Shown here in pieces: positions 1 to 10,278 of a stretch of DNA of 64,000 bases. This stretch comes from an uncultured Clostridium sp. (lineage in GTDB: Bacteria > Bacillota > Clostridia > TANB77 > CAG-508): positions 894 through 64,893 of the forward strand of contig USJO01000001.1 of the NCBI GenBank assembly GCA_900555075.1, read 5' to 3'. A program made the translations under genes and the position numbers. Under the pieces are notes generated by a model. That model was not told the origin of the DNA. It saw only the letters and a list, made by a program, of their open reading frames with translations, and did not search any database. Within the stretch, counting starts at the first letter, position 1. Each line of letters starts with the position of its first letter.

Positions 1-1099
1 CACTTGCCATTATTACTTTGTCTGTATATCCTGGCATATCCCATGGCTCTGGTATAGAGTTTGAATCTATTGCTGAACCCATTTGTATTCCTTGACAATA
101 TTTTATTAATTTATCTGCTTCGCCAAATTCTATGTTTTGTACTATATCTGCTCTTTTACTATTGTATTTAGGTGATACTTTATAGCCTAGCTCTTCTAAT
201 ATGCAACTTGCAAAAATAGCTGTTTTTAAACTACTAGCTACAACAGATGGAGCCATATATAATCCTTGAAGAATACTTTTATTTATTCCAAGAGTAGGTC
301 CTACTTCTTTTCCTTGTCCTGGTACAGTTAATCTTTGTGCTGCTAAATCTACTAATTCCTTTTTTCCAGCAACATATGCTCCGTTTGGCGCAATTCCTCC
401 TCCTAGATTTTTAATGAGAGATCCTACTATAACATCTGCTCCTACTTCTATTGGTGTTTTTCTTTCTACAAACTCGCAATAACAATTGTCTACCATAATT
501 ATTATATCTTTATTAATGCTTTTTATTAGCTTAATAACCTTTTCTAATTTGTCTATTACTAAACTTTCTCTAGTAGAATATCCCTTTGATCTTTGTATTT
601 CAATTACCTTTATATTGCCTTTTTTAACTCTTTTTTCTATTTCTTCATAGTCGAAATCATTATCTTTTAAATCTATTTGTTCATACTTTACTCCAAAAGC
701 TTTTAATGAACTTTCATTTTCTTCAATTCCTATTATCTGGTCTAGAGTATCATATGGTTTTCCTGTAATACTAAGTAATGTATCATTTGGTCTTAATAGC
801 GCAAATAATGTTACTGTTAAAGCATGAGTACCAGATATAAATTGACTCCTTACTAGGCTATCTTCTGCTCCTAACACCTCTGCAAATACTTTTTCTATTG
901 TATCTCTTCCAATATCTGAATAGCCATAACCTGTTGTTGATTGAAAATGCATATCTGAAATATTATTGTTTTGAAATGCATTTAAAACTTTTTGGCTAAA
1001 ATACATACAATTTTTGTCTATGTCTTTTATTGTTTCTTCTATCTTTTTTTCTACTTTATTTGAAAGTTCTAATATACCATTATCTATATTTATACTCAT
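1..1099 (-). CDS. PLP-dependent methionine gamma-lyase family / aluminium-resistance (YnbB-like) protein; N-terminal portion, C-terminus beyond window start
   Basis: Hand translation of the minus strand from the ATG at 1099 gives MSININNGILELS...GTHALTVTLFALLRPNDT...GSLIKNLGGGIAPNGAYVAG, typical of the Met_gamma_lyase/aluminium-resistance family. AAGGAG RBS upstream. Confidence 0.55.
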   Translation of the reverse strand, partial: MSINIDNGILELSNKVEKKIEETIKDIDKNCMYFSQKVLNAFQNNNISDMHFQSTTGYGYSDIGRDTIEKVFAEVLGAEDSLVRSQFISGTHALTVTLFALLRPNDTLLSITGKPYDTLDQIIGIEENESSLKAFGVKYEQIDLKDNDFDYEEIEKRVKKGNIKVIEIQRSKGYSTRESLVIDKLEKVIKLIKSINKDIIIMVDNCYCEFVERKTPIEVGADVIVGSLIKNLGGGIAPNGAYVAGKKELVDLAAQRLTVPGQGKEVGPTLGINKSILQGLYMAPSVVASSLKTAIFASCILEELGYKVSPKYNSKRADIVQNIEFGEADKLIKYCQGIQMGSAIDSNSIPEPWDMPGYTDKVIMAS

Positions 1100-1109
1100 T
1101 TTTTTCTCC

Positions 1110-2528
1110 TTAATTTTCATCTGATATACCTTCTACATATAGGCTATCCGTATAAAATGTAGTTCTATAATCATAGGTTACTTTATAATATTTTCCTATA
1201 AAACTTATTTCATCTAGGCTATCCAATTTATAAGTTGGATTTTGAATAATTTTTCCTTCTTCGTCTATAGAACCCCACTTTCCATTCTTTTTTATTCCTG
1301 CAAATCCATATTTATTCATTTCTGTTACTTCATCATAAATATAATCTATTACCACTTTAGAATTTTTATCTACAAAGCCCCATTTTCCATTTTTTTGAGT
1401 TGGCACCAAAGTTGGATTTGCCATTTTTGCTGCATTATTATTTGCTTCTTCTTTTATTTCTTCTTTCTCTTTTTTTGGTTCTTCTATTTCTTTTCCATTT
1501 AAATCATAATATACTATTTTTTCTTTACTTTTTGTTTCTATATAATTGCTATATACATTAATCTCGTCATATTGAGTAGGCAATATCTTTTTTCCTTTTG
1601 AACTGCATACTCCTAATTTTGTGCTTCTTGTTACTATAAATAAATTCTCTATACCGCTATAATCAATGTCTTGGTATTTGAAATCTATTATTACTTTTTT
1701 ATTTTTTATTAAACCACATTGACCATTCTTTCTTGCTATTATAAATATATTTTTATCTGTATCTTCTGTTTTTACATCACCAATTCTTATAATTTCGCTA
1801 TAATCTAAGTTTAATAACATTTTTTGTTTTTCGTTTAAATATCCGTATCTGTATCCTTCTTTTGTTTTCTCTCCAACTATATATCCAGATAATTTATAGC
1901 CATTATTAGATGTATAATATTCATCTCCTGATATATAATCATACTTTATTTTTATTAGTTCTACTCCTTTGTTATTTATTACTCCATATTTTCCATCTTT
2001 TTTTACTAAAAGCTCTCCTTCTTTGCAGCTTAGTCCTTCAACTTCATCGTATATTGCTTCTGTTAGCATTTTTCCACTTAAATCTATTATTCCATACTTA
2101 TTATTAGCTTTATATTTTAATAAATTTTTTTCGTATGGCATTGATGTTTCTATTCCATTTAGAGCTATTGTATCAAGCTCATTATATTTTGAAAATAATT
2201 CTGTTTCTTGTGAGTTAATTACTTTTGTTCTGCATTTTCCTGTTTTATCATTGTAATCAAAATAACAAACAAATATTGCACTTGATGGGTTTGGAATATG
2301 AATATCATAGTATTTAGGCTCAATAACAATGTTACCTTTATCATCTATTATTCCACTTTTTCCATCACTTTCTAAAACAAAATACTTTTCAGTATTTACT
2401 GTTTCTAGATCATAATCTTTTTTAAATTTATTTTTTGTTATTTTTATAATTGGTATTAAAACAATTAGCATAACAATTACAATTATTTGTATTTTATATT
2501 TTATAACTATTTCCAACATTTTTTTCAT
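1110..2528 (-). CDS. membrane-anchored WG-repeat protein
   Basis: 472 aa ORF with an N-terminal TM segment and repeated KYG/KWG-containing units (KNGKWGFVDKNSKVVIDYIYDEV, KNGKWGSIDEEGKII) typical of WG-containing repeats. Confidence 0.6.
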   Translation of the reverse strand: MKKMLEIVIKYKIQIIVIVMLIVLIPIIKITKNKFKKDYDLETVNTEKYFVLESDGKSGIIDDKGNIVIEPKYYDIHIPNPSSAIFVCYFDYNDKTGKCRTKVINSQETELFSKYNELDTIALNGIETSMPYEKNLLKYKANNKYGIIDLSGKMLTEAIYDEVEGLSCKEGELLVKKDGKYGVINNKGVELIKIKYDYISGDEYYTSNNGYKLSGYIVGEKTKEGYRYGYLNEKQKMLLNLDYSEIIRIGDVKTEDTDKNIFIIARKNGQCGLIKNKKVIIDFKYQDIDYSGIENLFIVTRSTKLGVCSSKGKKILPTQYDEINVYSNYIETKSKEKIVYYDLNGKEIEEPKKEKEEIKEEANNNAAKMANPTLVPTQKNGKWGFVDKNSKVVIDYIYDEVTEMNKYGFAGIKKNGKWGSIDEEGKIIQNPTYKLDSLDEISFIGKYYKVTYDYRTTFYTDSLYVEGISDEN

Positions 2529-2598
2529 ATTTATTACCTCATTTTAATTACTACTAATATTATATCTGCATCAATTAAATATGTCAATTAAAAAAGCC

Positions 2599-2784
2599 CT
2601 AGTATATAACAAAATTCGAGCTTTCTTCCTCATATTCTTTTGTTATGTTGGGTTGAGTTTTAAAATAAAAAAATGATTTAATAGTTGTATATAGTTTTGG
2701 AATATAATAGATTATAAAAAAGTAAATTATTATTGAAATAATAATAGAAATAAAATTAATTTTAAGATTTGAATAAATTTTCAT
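2599..2784 (-). CDS. small hydrophobic hypothetical protein (61 aa)
   Basis: ORF with an AGAGGAAA RBS-like motif just upstream of the ATG. Hydrophobic core. No recognisable family. Confidence 0.25.
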   Translation of the reverse strand: MKIYSNLKINFISIIISIIIYFFIIYYIPKLYTTIKSFFYFKTQPNITKEYEEESSNFVIY

Positions 2785-2954
2785 GTGTTTCCTCTAATTT
2801 TAACAATATTTAATATAATTTATCACTTTTAAATTATTTTACATTATATTTATGAATTCTATGTGTCTATTTAGTTATTTTTTATTATTAATATTTAGTT
2901 GTTTTATAGTATAAGTTATGTTATATTATTCATAACTTATTTAGGAGGTTTTTT

Positions 2955-3698
2955 ATGAGAGCTTTAATTACAGGTGCTTCTTCTGGAATAGGAAGAGAAT
3001 TTGCAAAAATACTGTCTAAAAAAGGGTATGACTTAGTTTTAGTAGCTAGAGATAAAGAAAAATTAGAAGAAGTAAAAAAAGAACTATCTACAAATATTGA
3101 AATTGTTTGTCTTGACTTAAGTATTAGTGAAAACTGCAAAATGTTATATAATAATTATCCAGATATGGATTTATTAATTAATAATGCTGGATTTGGAGAT
3201 TGTGGCAATTTTTCTTCTACTAGTTTAGATAAAGAACTGTCTATGATTTCTACAAATATTACAGCATATCACATATTAACAAAACTTTATTTAATAAATA
3301 TGGAAAAGAAAAATAGCGGTCATATATTAAATGTTGCATCAATTGCTGGATTCATGCCAGGTCCTTTAATGTCTACTTATTATGCAACAAAAGCATATAT
3401 AGTAAGATTATCTGAAGGAATTCGAGAAGAATTAAAAAAAGAAAAGTCTAGTGTTAAAATTAGTATACTATGCCCTGGTCCTGTTAATACCAATTTTAAC
3501 AAAGTTGCAAATGTAAAATTTCATTTAAGAGAAGCAAATAGTTTTCAAGTTGCAAATTATGCTATTAAACATCTAAATAAATTCTATATTGTACCAGGTC
3601 TTGATATAAAATTAGCAAGATTTTTTGCAAAGATAATACCATCTTCTATCGTGGCTAAAGTAACATATCGTATTCAAAAAAGAAAATTAAATCAATAA
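2955..3698 (+). CDS. SDR-family NAD(P)-dependent oxidoreductase
   Basis: N-terminal TGASSGIGRE Rossmann motif, NAG motif and YxxxK catalytic region (YYATKAY). GGAGG RBS. Confidence 0.85.
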   Translation: MRALITGASSGIGREFAKILSKKGYDLVLVARDKEKLEEVKKELSTNIEIVCLDLSISENCKMLYNNYPDMDLLINNAGFGDCGNFSSTSLDKELSMISTNITAYHILTKLYLINMEKKNSGHILNVASIAGFMPGPLMSTYYATKAYIVRLSEGIREELKKEKSSVKISILCPGPVNTNFNKVANVKFHLREANSFQVANYAIKHLNKFYIVPGLDIKLARFFAKIIPSSIVAKVTYRIQKRKLNQ

Positions 3699-3725
3699 AA
3701 GAAGTGAATTCAAATTTCACTTCTT

Positions 3726-4754
3726 CTATTTTTTCATTTTTTCATATAATTTATAGTTTTCATTCCATTTTGAATACTGTTCTTCATTTTTGTGATTTGG
3801 TAAATTGTATTCTTTAATACTTTCTTCTAGTTTTTGTGTAATATATTCTGCTCCATATGTATTTAAATGTTTTCCTTCATCTCTTCCAAACTTTTTCCAA
3901 TCAAATTCTTCATCTAAATTGTAATCTATATAAGGAACATTATTTTCTTCTGCATATTGCTTAATTAAATTACTTTTGCATTCTGTCCAAGCATCATCTG
4001 TTGGAATGTATACAAACATTACCTTAGAATTATTTTTCTTACACAATTCTAATATTTTATCTAAATATTTTTTACTCTTTTTAGGAATGCGTTCTATTTT
4101 TTTGTTTTCTTCTTTTTTCTTTAATTTACTTTTTCTATTATAACCTTTTATATTTTTATCTAGTTCATAGCCTCCAAATTTAGAATCATACTTTGAAAAA
4201 CCTTCTTTAAAATCTTTTTCTTCTAATTCGCTCCATCTTGAATGATACCTCAATAATGGAAATAGATAAGTAATTCTTGCAGATTTTGAAACTCTTACAT
4301 CTGGATTTGCTATAATAGATAATTTATTTACTCCAAATTTCATACAATCAACTGTTTTTCGAATATCATTTCTTGAATCTTTTGTTTGAAAAACATAGTC
4401 TGCATCTATTATAACTAGTTTAGGCTGTTGCCTTTTATAAAACTCTTTAGCCATATAGTATGAAACCCATACAGTTTGTGAAGGATTGCTTATATGGTAG
4501 CTTGATATTCCTGCATCATTCCACAATTTCATCGTTGAAATTCCACTATATATATCACTATTTCCAAGCATTGCTACATCTATTGTATTTTTAGGTTCAT
4601 TATAAATTCCCTTAATTCTTCTTGAAGCACCTCCAGTAGCATCTGACCATTTAGGAATAAATATTTTATTAAGAACACTGCAAATAAATATTGCTATTAT
4701 ACCAAAAACTATTACTTTACATATTATATTTATCATTTTTTTATATTTTTTCAT
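3726..4754 (-). CDS. membrane-anchored SGNH/GDSL-like hydrolase family protein (DltD/AlgX-like)
   Basis: N-terminal TM. GNSD block-I-like motif (AMLGNSDIYSG) and C-terminal DxxHLNxxGAxY block V-like motif (DEGKHLNTYGAEYIT). Confidence 0.45.
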   Translation of the reverse strand: MKKYKKMINIICKVIVFGIIAIFICSVLNKIFIPKWSDATGGASRRIKGIYNEPKNTIDVAMLGNSDIYSGISTMKLWNDAGISSYHISNPSQTVWVSYYMAKEFYKRQQPKLVIIDADYVFQTKDSRNDIRKTVDCMKFGVNKLSIIANPDVRVSKSARITYLFPLLRYHSRWSELEEKDFKEGFSKYDSKFGGYELDKNIKGYNRKSKLKKKEENKKIERIPKKSKKYLDKILELCKKNNSKVMFVYIPTDDAWTECKSNLIKQYAEENNVPYIDYNLDEEFDWKKFGRDEGKHLNTYGAEYITQKLEESIKEYNLPNHKNEEQYSKWNENYKLYEKMKK

Positions 4755-4879
4755 TTTTTTATGCCCCTTCTAAGCAATGCCTATTATACTATTGTTTGCT
4801 ATTTAATGCAACAATTATTCTACATAAAAAAGGACATCTTTTAGATGTCCTTTAATGAATTCATTATCTATATGATAAA

Positions 4880-5158
4880 TTATTTTTTGTTTACTAAATC
4901 TTTTAATGCTTTTCCAGCTTTGAATACTGGAGCTTTTGATGCTGGTATTTTTATTTCTTCTTTAGTTTGTGGGTTTCTACCTTTTCTAGCAGCTCTTTTT
5001 CTAACTTCGAAAGAACCGAAACCAACTAATTGTACTTTTTCTCCTTTAACTAATGCATCAGTAACAACATCTATAAATGCGTTTAATGTTTCTTCTGCAC
5101 TTTTTTTTGTGTCTCCTGTTTTTGCAGCCATTGCTGCTACTAAATCAGATTTGTTCAT
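4880..5158 (-). CDS. hup: DNA-binding protein HU
   Basis: 92 aa [11 protein letters not shown]...[20 protein letters not shown] matches the HU/IHF family signature. GGAGG RBS. Confidence 0.92.
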   Translation of the reverse strand: MNKSDLVAAMAAKTGDTKKSAEETLNAFIDVVTDALVKGEKVQLVGFGSFEVRKRAARKGRNPQTKEEIKIPASKAPVFKAGKALKDLVNKK

Positions 5159-5313
5159 TTAATTTACCTCCTAAAAAGTTTGAAATATGTAGAATTTACT
5201 TCTACACTAGCATTATTCGTCATAATAAAATAAAATCCTTCTTTTTTTTTGAACTTTTTTCTTTACACCCTTTAGTTCTGTAAGAATACAGGCAATTTTT
5301 GTAAATTGTTTTC

Positions 5314-6957
5314 TTATTCTTTATTTTCTTCTTTCTTATATATACCAATGGTTTCAACCATTTTATTTATCTTTTGACCATATGGAATCATTAGTATTTC
5401 TTCTTTTGTAAATATTTTTAGTATTATTACCATTATTAAATAAATTATTACTGCAATTACTAAAGCAAGTAAAGTAGCAATTTTTTCTGATATTACTAAA
5501 AGTAATAATGTGTATATATAGTAAGAACATACGCACATTGCAAATGTAGCAATCACTGGTTTTAATATAAATTTCTTAAAATTCAATTCTAATTTTATTG
5601 TCTTTCTTAAAATCAAAAAGCTTAACAAAAATGCAAAGAAGTTGTTTATTACAGATGCTATTGCTGCTCCGTTTACTCCCAAAGCAGGATTTGGAACTAA
5701 TATTAAATTAAATATTAATTTTAATGCCACTCCTATAAAAGAGGTAACTGCTGGTACAATTATTCTTCCTAATCCTTGTAATGCTCCATTTGTAGTTTGC
5801 ATTAAAACTGCAAATATAATTGTTAAAGAAAATATTTGTAATAAAAATCCTCCATCTGTTGCATTTGGAAACAATAAATTTATTATCGGTTGTGCAAATA
5901 CCATCATTCCAAATGTACAAGGAAGCCCTATTATCATTGTGGTTAATAATGAAAAAGATATTCTTTTTCCTGCTGTTTTTGTATCTTTTTTTGCCATTAA
6001 TCCTGAAACTGATGGTACTAAAGCAGTAGCAAATGCTATATTAAAAGATAGCGGTAGTGTTGCTAATGTATCTACTTTTCCAGATAGTATTCCATATTGT
6101 GCTTTAGCTACGGCGTCTGGTAAAAATGTTTTCAAACCTTTTACAACAGTTACTATATCTACAATTTTAGATAAAGTAGACATTATTGCACTTAGTGTAA
6201 TTGGTATTGAAACAATAAGTATTCTTTTTACAATTCTTTTTACTCTTTCTTGTTTAGAATTTATTGTATTTTTTATTTTTGGTGCAACAACTTTCTTAAA
6301 GTTTCTATAATACAATAATATGTATAAAAAGCTTAATAATACAGACAATGTAGTAGCTAAGTTTGCTCCTGCAGCCATTAGTGTTGTATCTAAATTTGTT
6401 CTTATTCCTATAAGTTCAACTGCCGAAATAGTAATTGTTGTTTTAAATACTTGTTCTAAAGCTTGTGCTTTTGCTGTAACAGATACTTTATCTAAACCAT
6501 TAAAATATCCTCTTATAACAGATGCAATTGTAACAAATGTTATAGATGGTGAAAGCACTTGCAATGATAAAGTTGCTTCTGGTACCTCAATTGCATTTGC
6601 TATTGTACTAGCTCCTAAGAACAGTATTAAGGTTCCAGCAAAACCTATTAGTCCAAATGTAACTAAAGCAATTCTAAATACTCTATGTGCACCTTTATAA
6701 TCTTCGAGTGCAACCTTTTCTGATATTAATTTTGCTATTGCATTTGGAACTCCTATAGATGAAATTGTAAGAAGCATTGCATAAATTTGATATCCACTTC
6801 CATATATTCCATTTCCTATATCTCCAAATCCTTTTTTATTTGTTAAAAATATTTTAGAAACTAATCCTAATATTTTTATTAAAACTTGAGAAAGCATTAA
6901 AGATAAAACGCCTAACATAAATCCATCTTTCTTCTCAATTTTTTTTGTCTTTTCCAT
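5314..6957 (-). CDS. MOP/MATE-superfamily polysaccharide flippase (SpoVB-like)
   Basis: About 547 aa polytopic membrane protein with MATE-like/SpoVB-like features. Start chosen at the second ATG (MEKTKK), which has better RBS spacing. Confidence 0.65.
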   Translation of the reverse strand: MEKTKKIEKKDGFMLGVLSLMLSQVLIKILGLVSKIFLTNKKGFGDIGNGIYGSGYQIYAMLLTISSIGVPNAIAKLISEKVALEDYKGAHRVFRIALVTFGLIGFAGTLILFLGASTIANAIEVPEATLSLQVLSPSITFVTIASVIRGYFNGLDKVSVTAKAQALEQVFKTTITISAVELIGIRTNLDTTLMAAGANLATTLSVLLSFLYILLYYRNFKKVVAPKIKNTINSKQERVKRIVKRILIVSIPITLSAIMSTLSKIVDIVTVVKGLKTFLPDAVAKAQYGILSGKVDTLATLPLSFNIAFATALVPSVSGLMAKKDTKTAGKRISFSLLTTMIIGLPCTFGMMVFAQPIINLLFPNATDGGFLLQIFSLTIIFAVLMQTTNGALQGLGRIIVPAVTSFIGVALKLIFNLILVPNPALGVNGAAIASVINNFFAFLLSFLILRKTIKLELNFKKFILKPVIATFAMCVCSYYIYTLLLLVISEKIATLLALVIAVIIYLIMVIILKIFTKEEILMIPYGQKINKMVETIGIYKKEENKE

Positions 6958-7259
6958 TTTTATTGTTCCTTCCATTTTATTCTTTTATATATTGTATTTT
7001 GTTATTTAATAATTATATTCATATTAGATATTTTATTCAAGTAAAAATCATAAATTTTTAATATAATTAATATTTAGAATTGTATTTGTCCGTATATAAA
7101 AATTAATTTAAATCCTTTGAAATATATTCAAAAATTCAAATTTCAAACTCAAAACGCCAAATGCAATATTTATTATACATTTTTCACTAAAAAGTATTGT
7201 ATTTTTGCGCATTTTATAAGATAATATATATGATTATTTATTTTAGAGGAGTAATAAAA

Positions 7260-9581
7260 ATGAAATTTTTTGATAAATTTTTAAAATTTCTAAAAACTGA
7301 TAGAAATACTTTTTTAACATATATTCTAACAGTAATAACAATTTACTTAGCAGTAGACAGATTGGTAGAAATGTTACTAATGTTTTTAACTGGTGTATCG
7401 GTTTCTTATTGGGGTCCTATACAATACACATTAGCAATTGCTTGTCCAATATTTGCATTTCTATTTTCAGGTTCATCATCATTTGTAAAAGCTGCTGATA
7501 TGAAAATTCCTTTCTTTTATATGTATTGTATTGCACTTTACATTATAGGAATTTCTATGGTAGTACAATGGATGAACTTAATATGTTGGTTATTGTTTAT
7601 GGCAACACCTGGATATGTTAGTGTAATATCTAATTTTTCTAATTTAGTACAACCAGCATTTCAATCAATTGCAGTATATTTACCACTTGTTACTTTTTAT
7701 CCTTTATTCAAAAAGTTATTTACTTGGATTAATGATACAAAAGATTTAAAAGATTCTATAAAAGATTATGGTGGTATAAACTTATCTGATAAAAAAGAAA
7801 ATACTGGTGCTTATTCTGTAGAATTACCTTTATATGCTAATAAAGATACTGGAAAAACAATCTCTCTTACAGAACAAGGAAGATTTCAATCTGTATTTGT
7901 ATGTGGTGTTTCTGGAAGCGGAAAAACATCTATGTTATTTGAACCTATGATGGCAAAAGATATTGAAAAAAAATCATTTTTCAAAGAAGCTTCTAAAGAA
8001 TTAGGATTTACAGCATTAAAAACAAGAATAGCAACATTAAAATACCCATATGATAATAAATATTTAAACGAAAATTTCAATTTAAATATGCTTACCCCTA
8101 CTTATGGCAAAGAAAAAGTACTTAAAGCATATTTAAAGAAAATGATTCTAGGTGAATCATCTGATGGAATAGTATACAAAAATATAGGTTTTACTTCTAT
8201 TTCTCCAGATTATGAATCTACATCAAGAATTTTAGAAGTAGCAAACAATTATAATATACCTGTAAATTTAATAGATCCTTCAAATCCAGATTCACCAGGT
8301 TTGAATCCATTTGCTTTTGATGATCCTGTAAAGATAGCAATTATAATTTCTTCTGTATTGAAAGAAATGTACACATATGCTGGAACAGATTTAGAAGAAT
8401 CTTTTAGACAAAATGTTACTCTACAAGCAGTAGAAAATATTTCTATATTATTAAAAGAAATGTATCCTAGATTACATGGAGATGACCTTCCAACATTAGA
8501 AGATATGCTAAATATGTTTAATGATTTTAGCTTAGTTGAAAAAATGTGTAAACAATTAGAAGAAATACCAGAACTTGCAAAACAATATTCTTTACAATTA
8601 GGATATTTCAAAAAGAATTTCTATGCAAATGGTTCAAATAAATCTGATACAGAAAAATATATTAGTGCTGCTACAACTCAATTAGATACATTATTAAGAG
8701 TAAAAGGTGTTAAAGATATTTTATGTAATAGAACAAACAACTTAAACTATGACCAAGTGTTGGCTAATGGTGAAATAACCTTAGTATGCACAAGGCGTGG
8801 TGATTTAGGAGCAAGTGTGCATACAGCTTTCGGTTTATTTTTCTTATTACTAATGCAATATTCTGTTTTAAGAAGACCAGGAAACGAAAAAAATCGTGTA
8901 CCACATTTCTTATACATTGATGAATTTCCAGATTTCATAACACATGCAACAACAAATATGTTTACACTTTATAGAAAATATAGAGTTGGAATTATAATTT
9001 CTGCACAAAATTTAAGACAACTTGGAGAACAAAAACGAGGCAAATATAGAGAAACAATACTTGCCAACTGTGCAAATAAATTTGTATTTGGAAATAACAC
9101 ACCAGAAGATAATGAATGGTGGGAATTAGAACTTGGTCAGAAAAGAGAATGGACATTTAAATATAATTACGATACAGAAAAAGTTCAATATGATTCAAAA
9201 TATAATGATGCTCAATTTAAATGGAAGCAAAATTATTCAGCTGGTAAAGTACAATCTTTAAAAGCTAAACAATGTATGTATAAAGTTAGAGATCTAAATG
9301 GTAAAAACTCTATTGGAATTATGAAAGTAGACTTTTTAGCTAGTAAGTATAGTGAACCTCATTTAAGTAAGCAATATAACTTTGCTAAATTTACTACTGG
9401 ATTCTCAACTGAAGACGAAAAGCCAGAAAAAGATAAATTTGATCTAAAACACTTACAATTTGATAAAGCTCCTAATGGAGATGTAGATCCTATAAAAACA
9501 AATACAACAGATTCAAAATTCTTAATTGATAATGAAGATGCAATTATATTTGATATAAATAGAAAAAACAATAAAAATTAA
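7260..9581 (+). CDS. type IV secretion coupling-protein-like ATPase (TraG/TraD/VirD4 family), orphan
   Basis: N-terminal 4-5 TM segments, Walker A GVSGSGKTS, Walker B HFLYIDEFPDF and a T4CP-like block (RKYRVGIIISAQNLRQLGEQKRGKYRETILANCANKFVFGNNTPEDNEWWELELG). AGAGGAG RBS 6 nt upstream of the ATG at 7260; the track start at 7197 lacks an RBS. Confidence 0.55.
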   Translation: MKFFDKFLKFLKTDRNTFLTYILTVITIYLAVDRLVEMLLMFLTGVSVSYWGPIQYTLAIACPIFAFLFSGSSSFVKAADMKIPFFYMYCIALYIIGISMVVQWMNLICWLLFMATPGYVSVISNFSNLVQPAFQSIAVYLPLVTFYPLFKKLFTWINDTKDLKDSIKDYGGINLSDKKENTGAYSVELPLYANKDTGKTISLTEQGRFQSVFVCGVSGSGKTSMLFEPMMAKDIEKKSFFKEASKELGFTALKTRIATLKYPYDNKYLNENFNLNMLTPTYGKEKVLKAYLKKMILGESSDGIVYKNIGFTSISPDYESTSRILEVANNYNIPVNLIDPSNPDSPGLNPFAFDDPVKIAIIISSVLKEMYTYAGTDLEESFRQNVTLQAVENISILLKEMYPRLHGDDLPTLEDMLNMFNDFSLVEKMCKQLEEIPELAKQYSLQLGYFKKNFYANGSNKSDTEKYISAATTQLDTLLRVKGVKDILCNRTNNLNYDQVLANGEITLVCTRRGDLGASVHTAFGLFFLLLMQYSVLRRPGNEKNRVPHFLYIDEFPDFITHATTNMFTLYRKYRVGIIISAQNLRQLGEQKRGKYRETILANCANKFVFGNNTPEDNEWWELELGQKREWTFKYNYDTEKVQYDSKYNDAQFKWKQNYSAGKVQSLKAKQCMYKVRDLNGKNSIGIMKVDFLASKYSEPHLSKQYNFAKFTTGFSTEDEKPEKDKFDLKHLQFDKAPNGDVDPIKTNTTDSKFLIDNEDAIIFDINRKNNKN

Positions 9582-9618
9582 AAAGCAAAAAATAAATATG
9601 AAGATGAATTCTTCATAT

Positions 9619-10278
9619 TTATTTTTTTATTTTTTCTATCGTTTTTGTATATTCTTTTGAATTTACTATTGCTGTTCCTGCAACAATTATATTTGCTCCT
9701 GCTTCTTTTAACTTTTCTACATTTTCTAAATTTACTCCACCATCAACTTCTATATCTATATCAATATTATTATTTTCAATATATTCTTTTATTTTTTCTA
9801 CTTTTTCTATTGTGCTTGGTATTAACTTTTGTCCACCTTTTCCAGGCTCTACTGTCATTATTAATACACTATTTAGATATGGTAAATATTTGTATAGTTC
9901 TTGTGTGCTTGTATTTGGCTTTATTGCCATTCCAACTTTTATATGGTTATCATGTATATATCTTATTATTTCTTTTGCTTGTTTCTCATTCTCGCAAGCC
10001 TCAAGATGAAATGTTATTGTATTAGGTTCATATGCTATATAAGAATCTACAAATGTTTTTATATCTTTTACCATCAAATGAATATCTAATGGTATGTTTG
10101 AAATTTGTTTTATCTGTCCCACATATTCTTGCATTAACTCTATTGTATTATTTTCTACAAATTCTCCATCCATTACATCTATATGAAAGTAATCTGTTTT
10201 TGCCACTTCTAAATTATAAAATACTCCTAATGAATTTTCCTTATCTGCTGACAATATTGATGTTGATACTTCTACCAT
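9619..10278 (-). CDS. rpe: ribulose-phosphate 3-epimerase
   Basis: 219 aa, HLMV...D..MTVEPGKGGQK...VDGGVN motifs. Conserved position after rsgA. Confidence 0.9.
   Translation of the reverse strand: MVEVSTSILSADKENSLGVFYNLEVAKTDYFHIDVMDGEFVENNTIELMQEYVGQIKQISNIPLDIHLMVKDIKTFVDSYIAYEPNTITFHLEACENEKQAKEIIRYIHDNHIKVGMAIKPNTSTQELYKYLPYLNSVLIMTVEPGKGGQKLIPSTIEKVEKIKEYIENNNIDIDIEVDGGVNLENVEKLKEAGANIIVAGTAIVNSKEYTKTIEKIKK

Noticed and set aside
1242-2256. Plus-strand ORFs 1242..1502, 1910..2107 and 1969..2256, and similar antisense ORFs throughout (for example 9645..10025, 21061..21426, 47583..48239)
   Set aside because: All lie antisense within well-supported genes and have low-complexity Leu/Phe/Ile-rich translations typical of AT-rich shadow frames.
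7197-7259. Track start at 7197 for the T4CP-like gene
   Set aside because: No RBS. The in-frame ATG at 7260 has an AGAGGAG RBS at 6-nt spacing.
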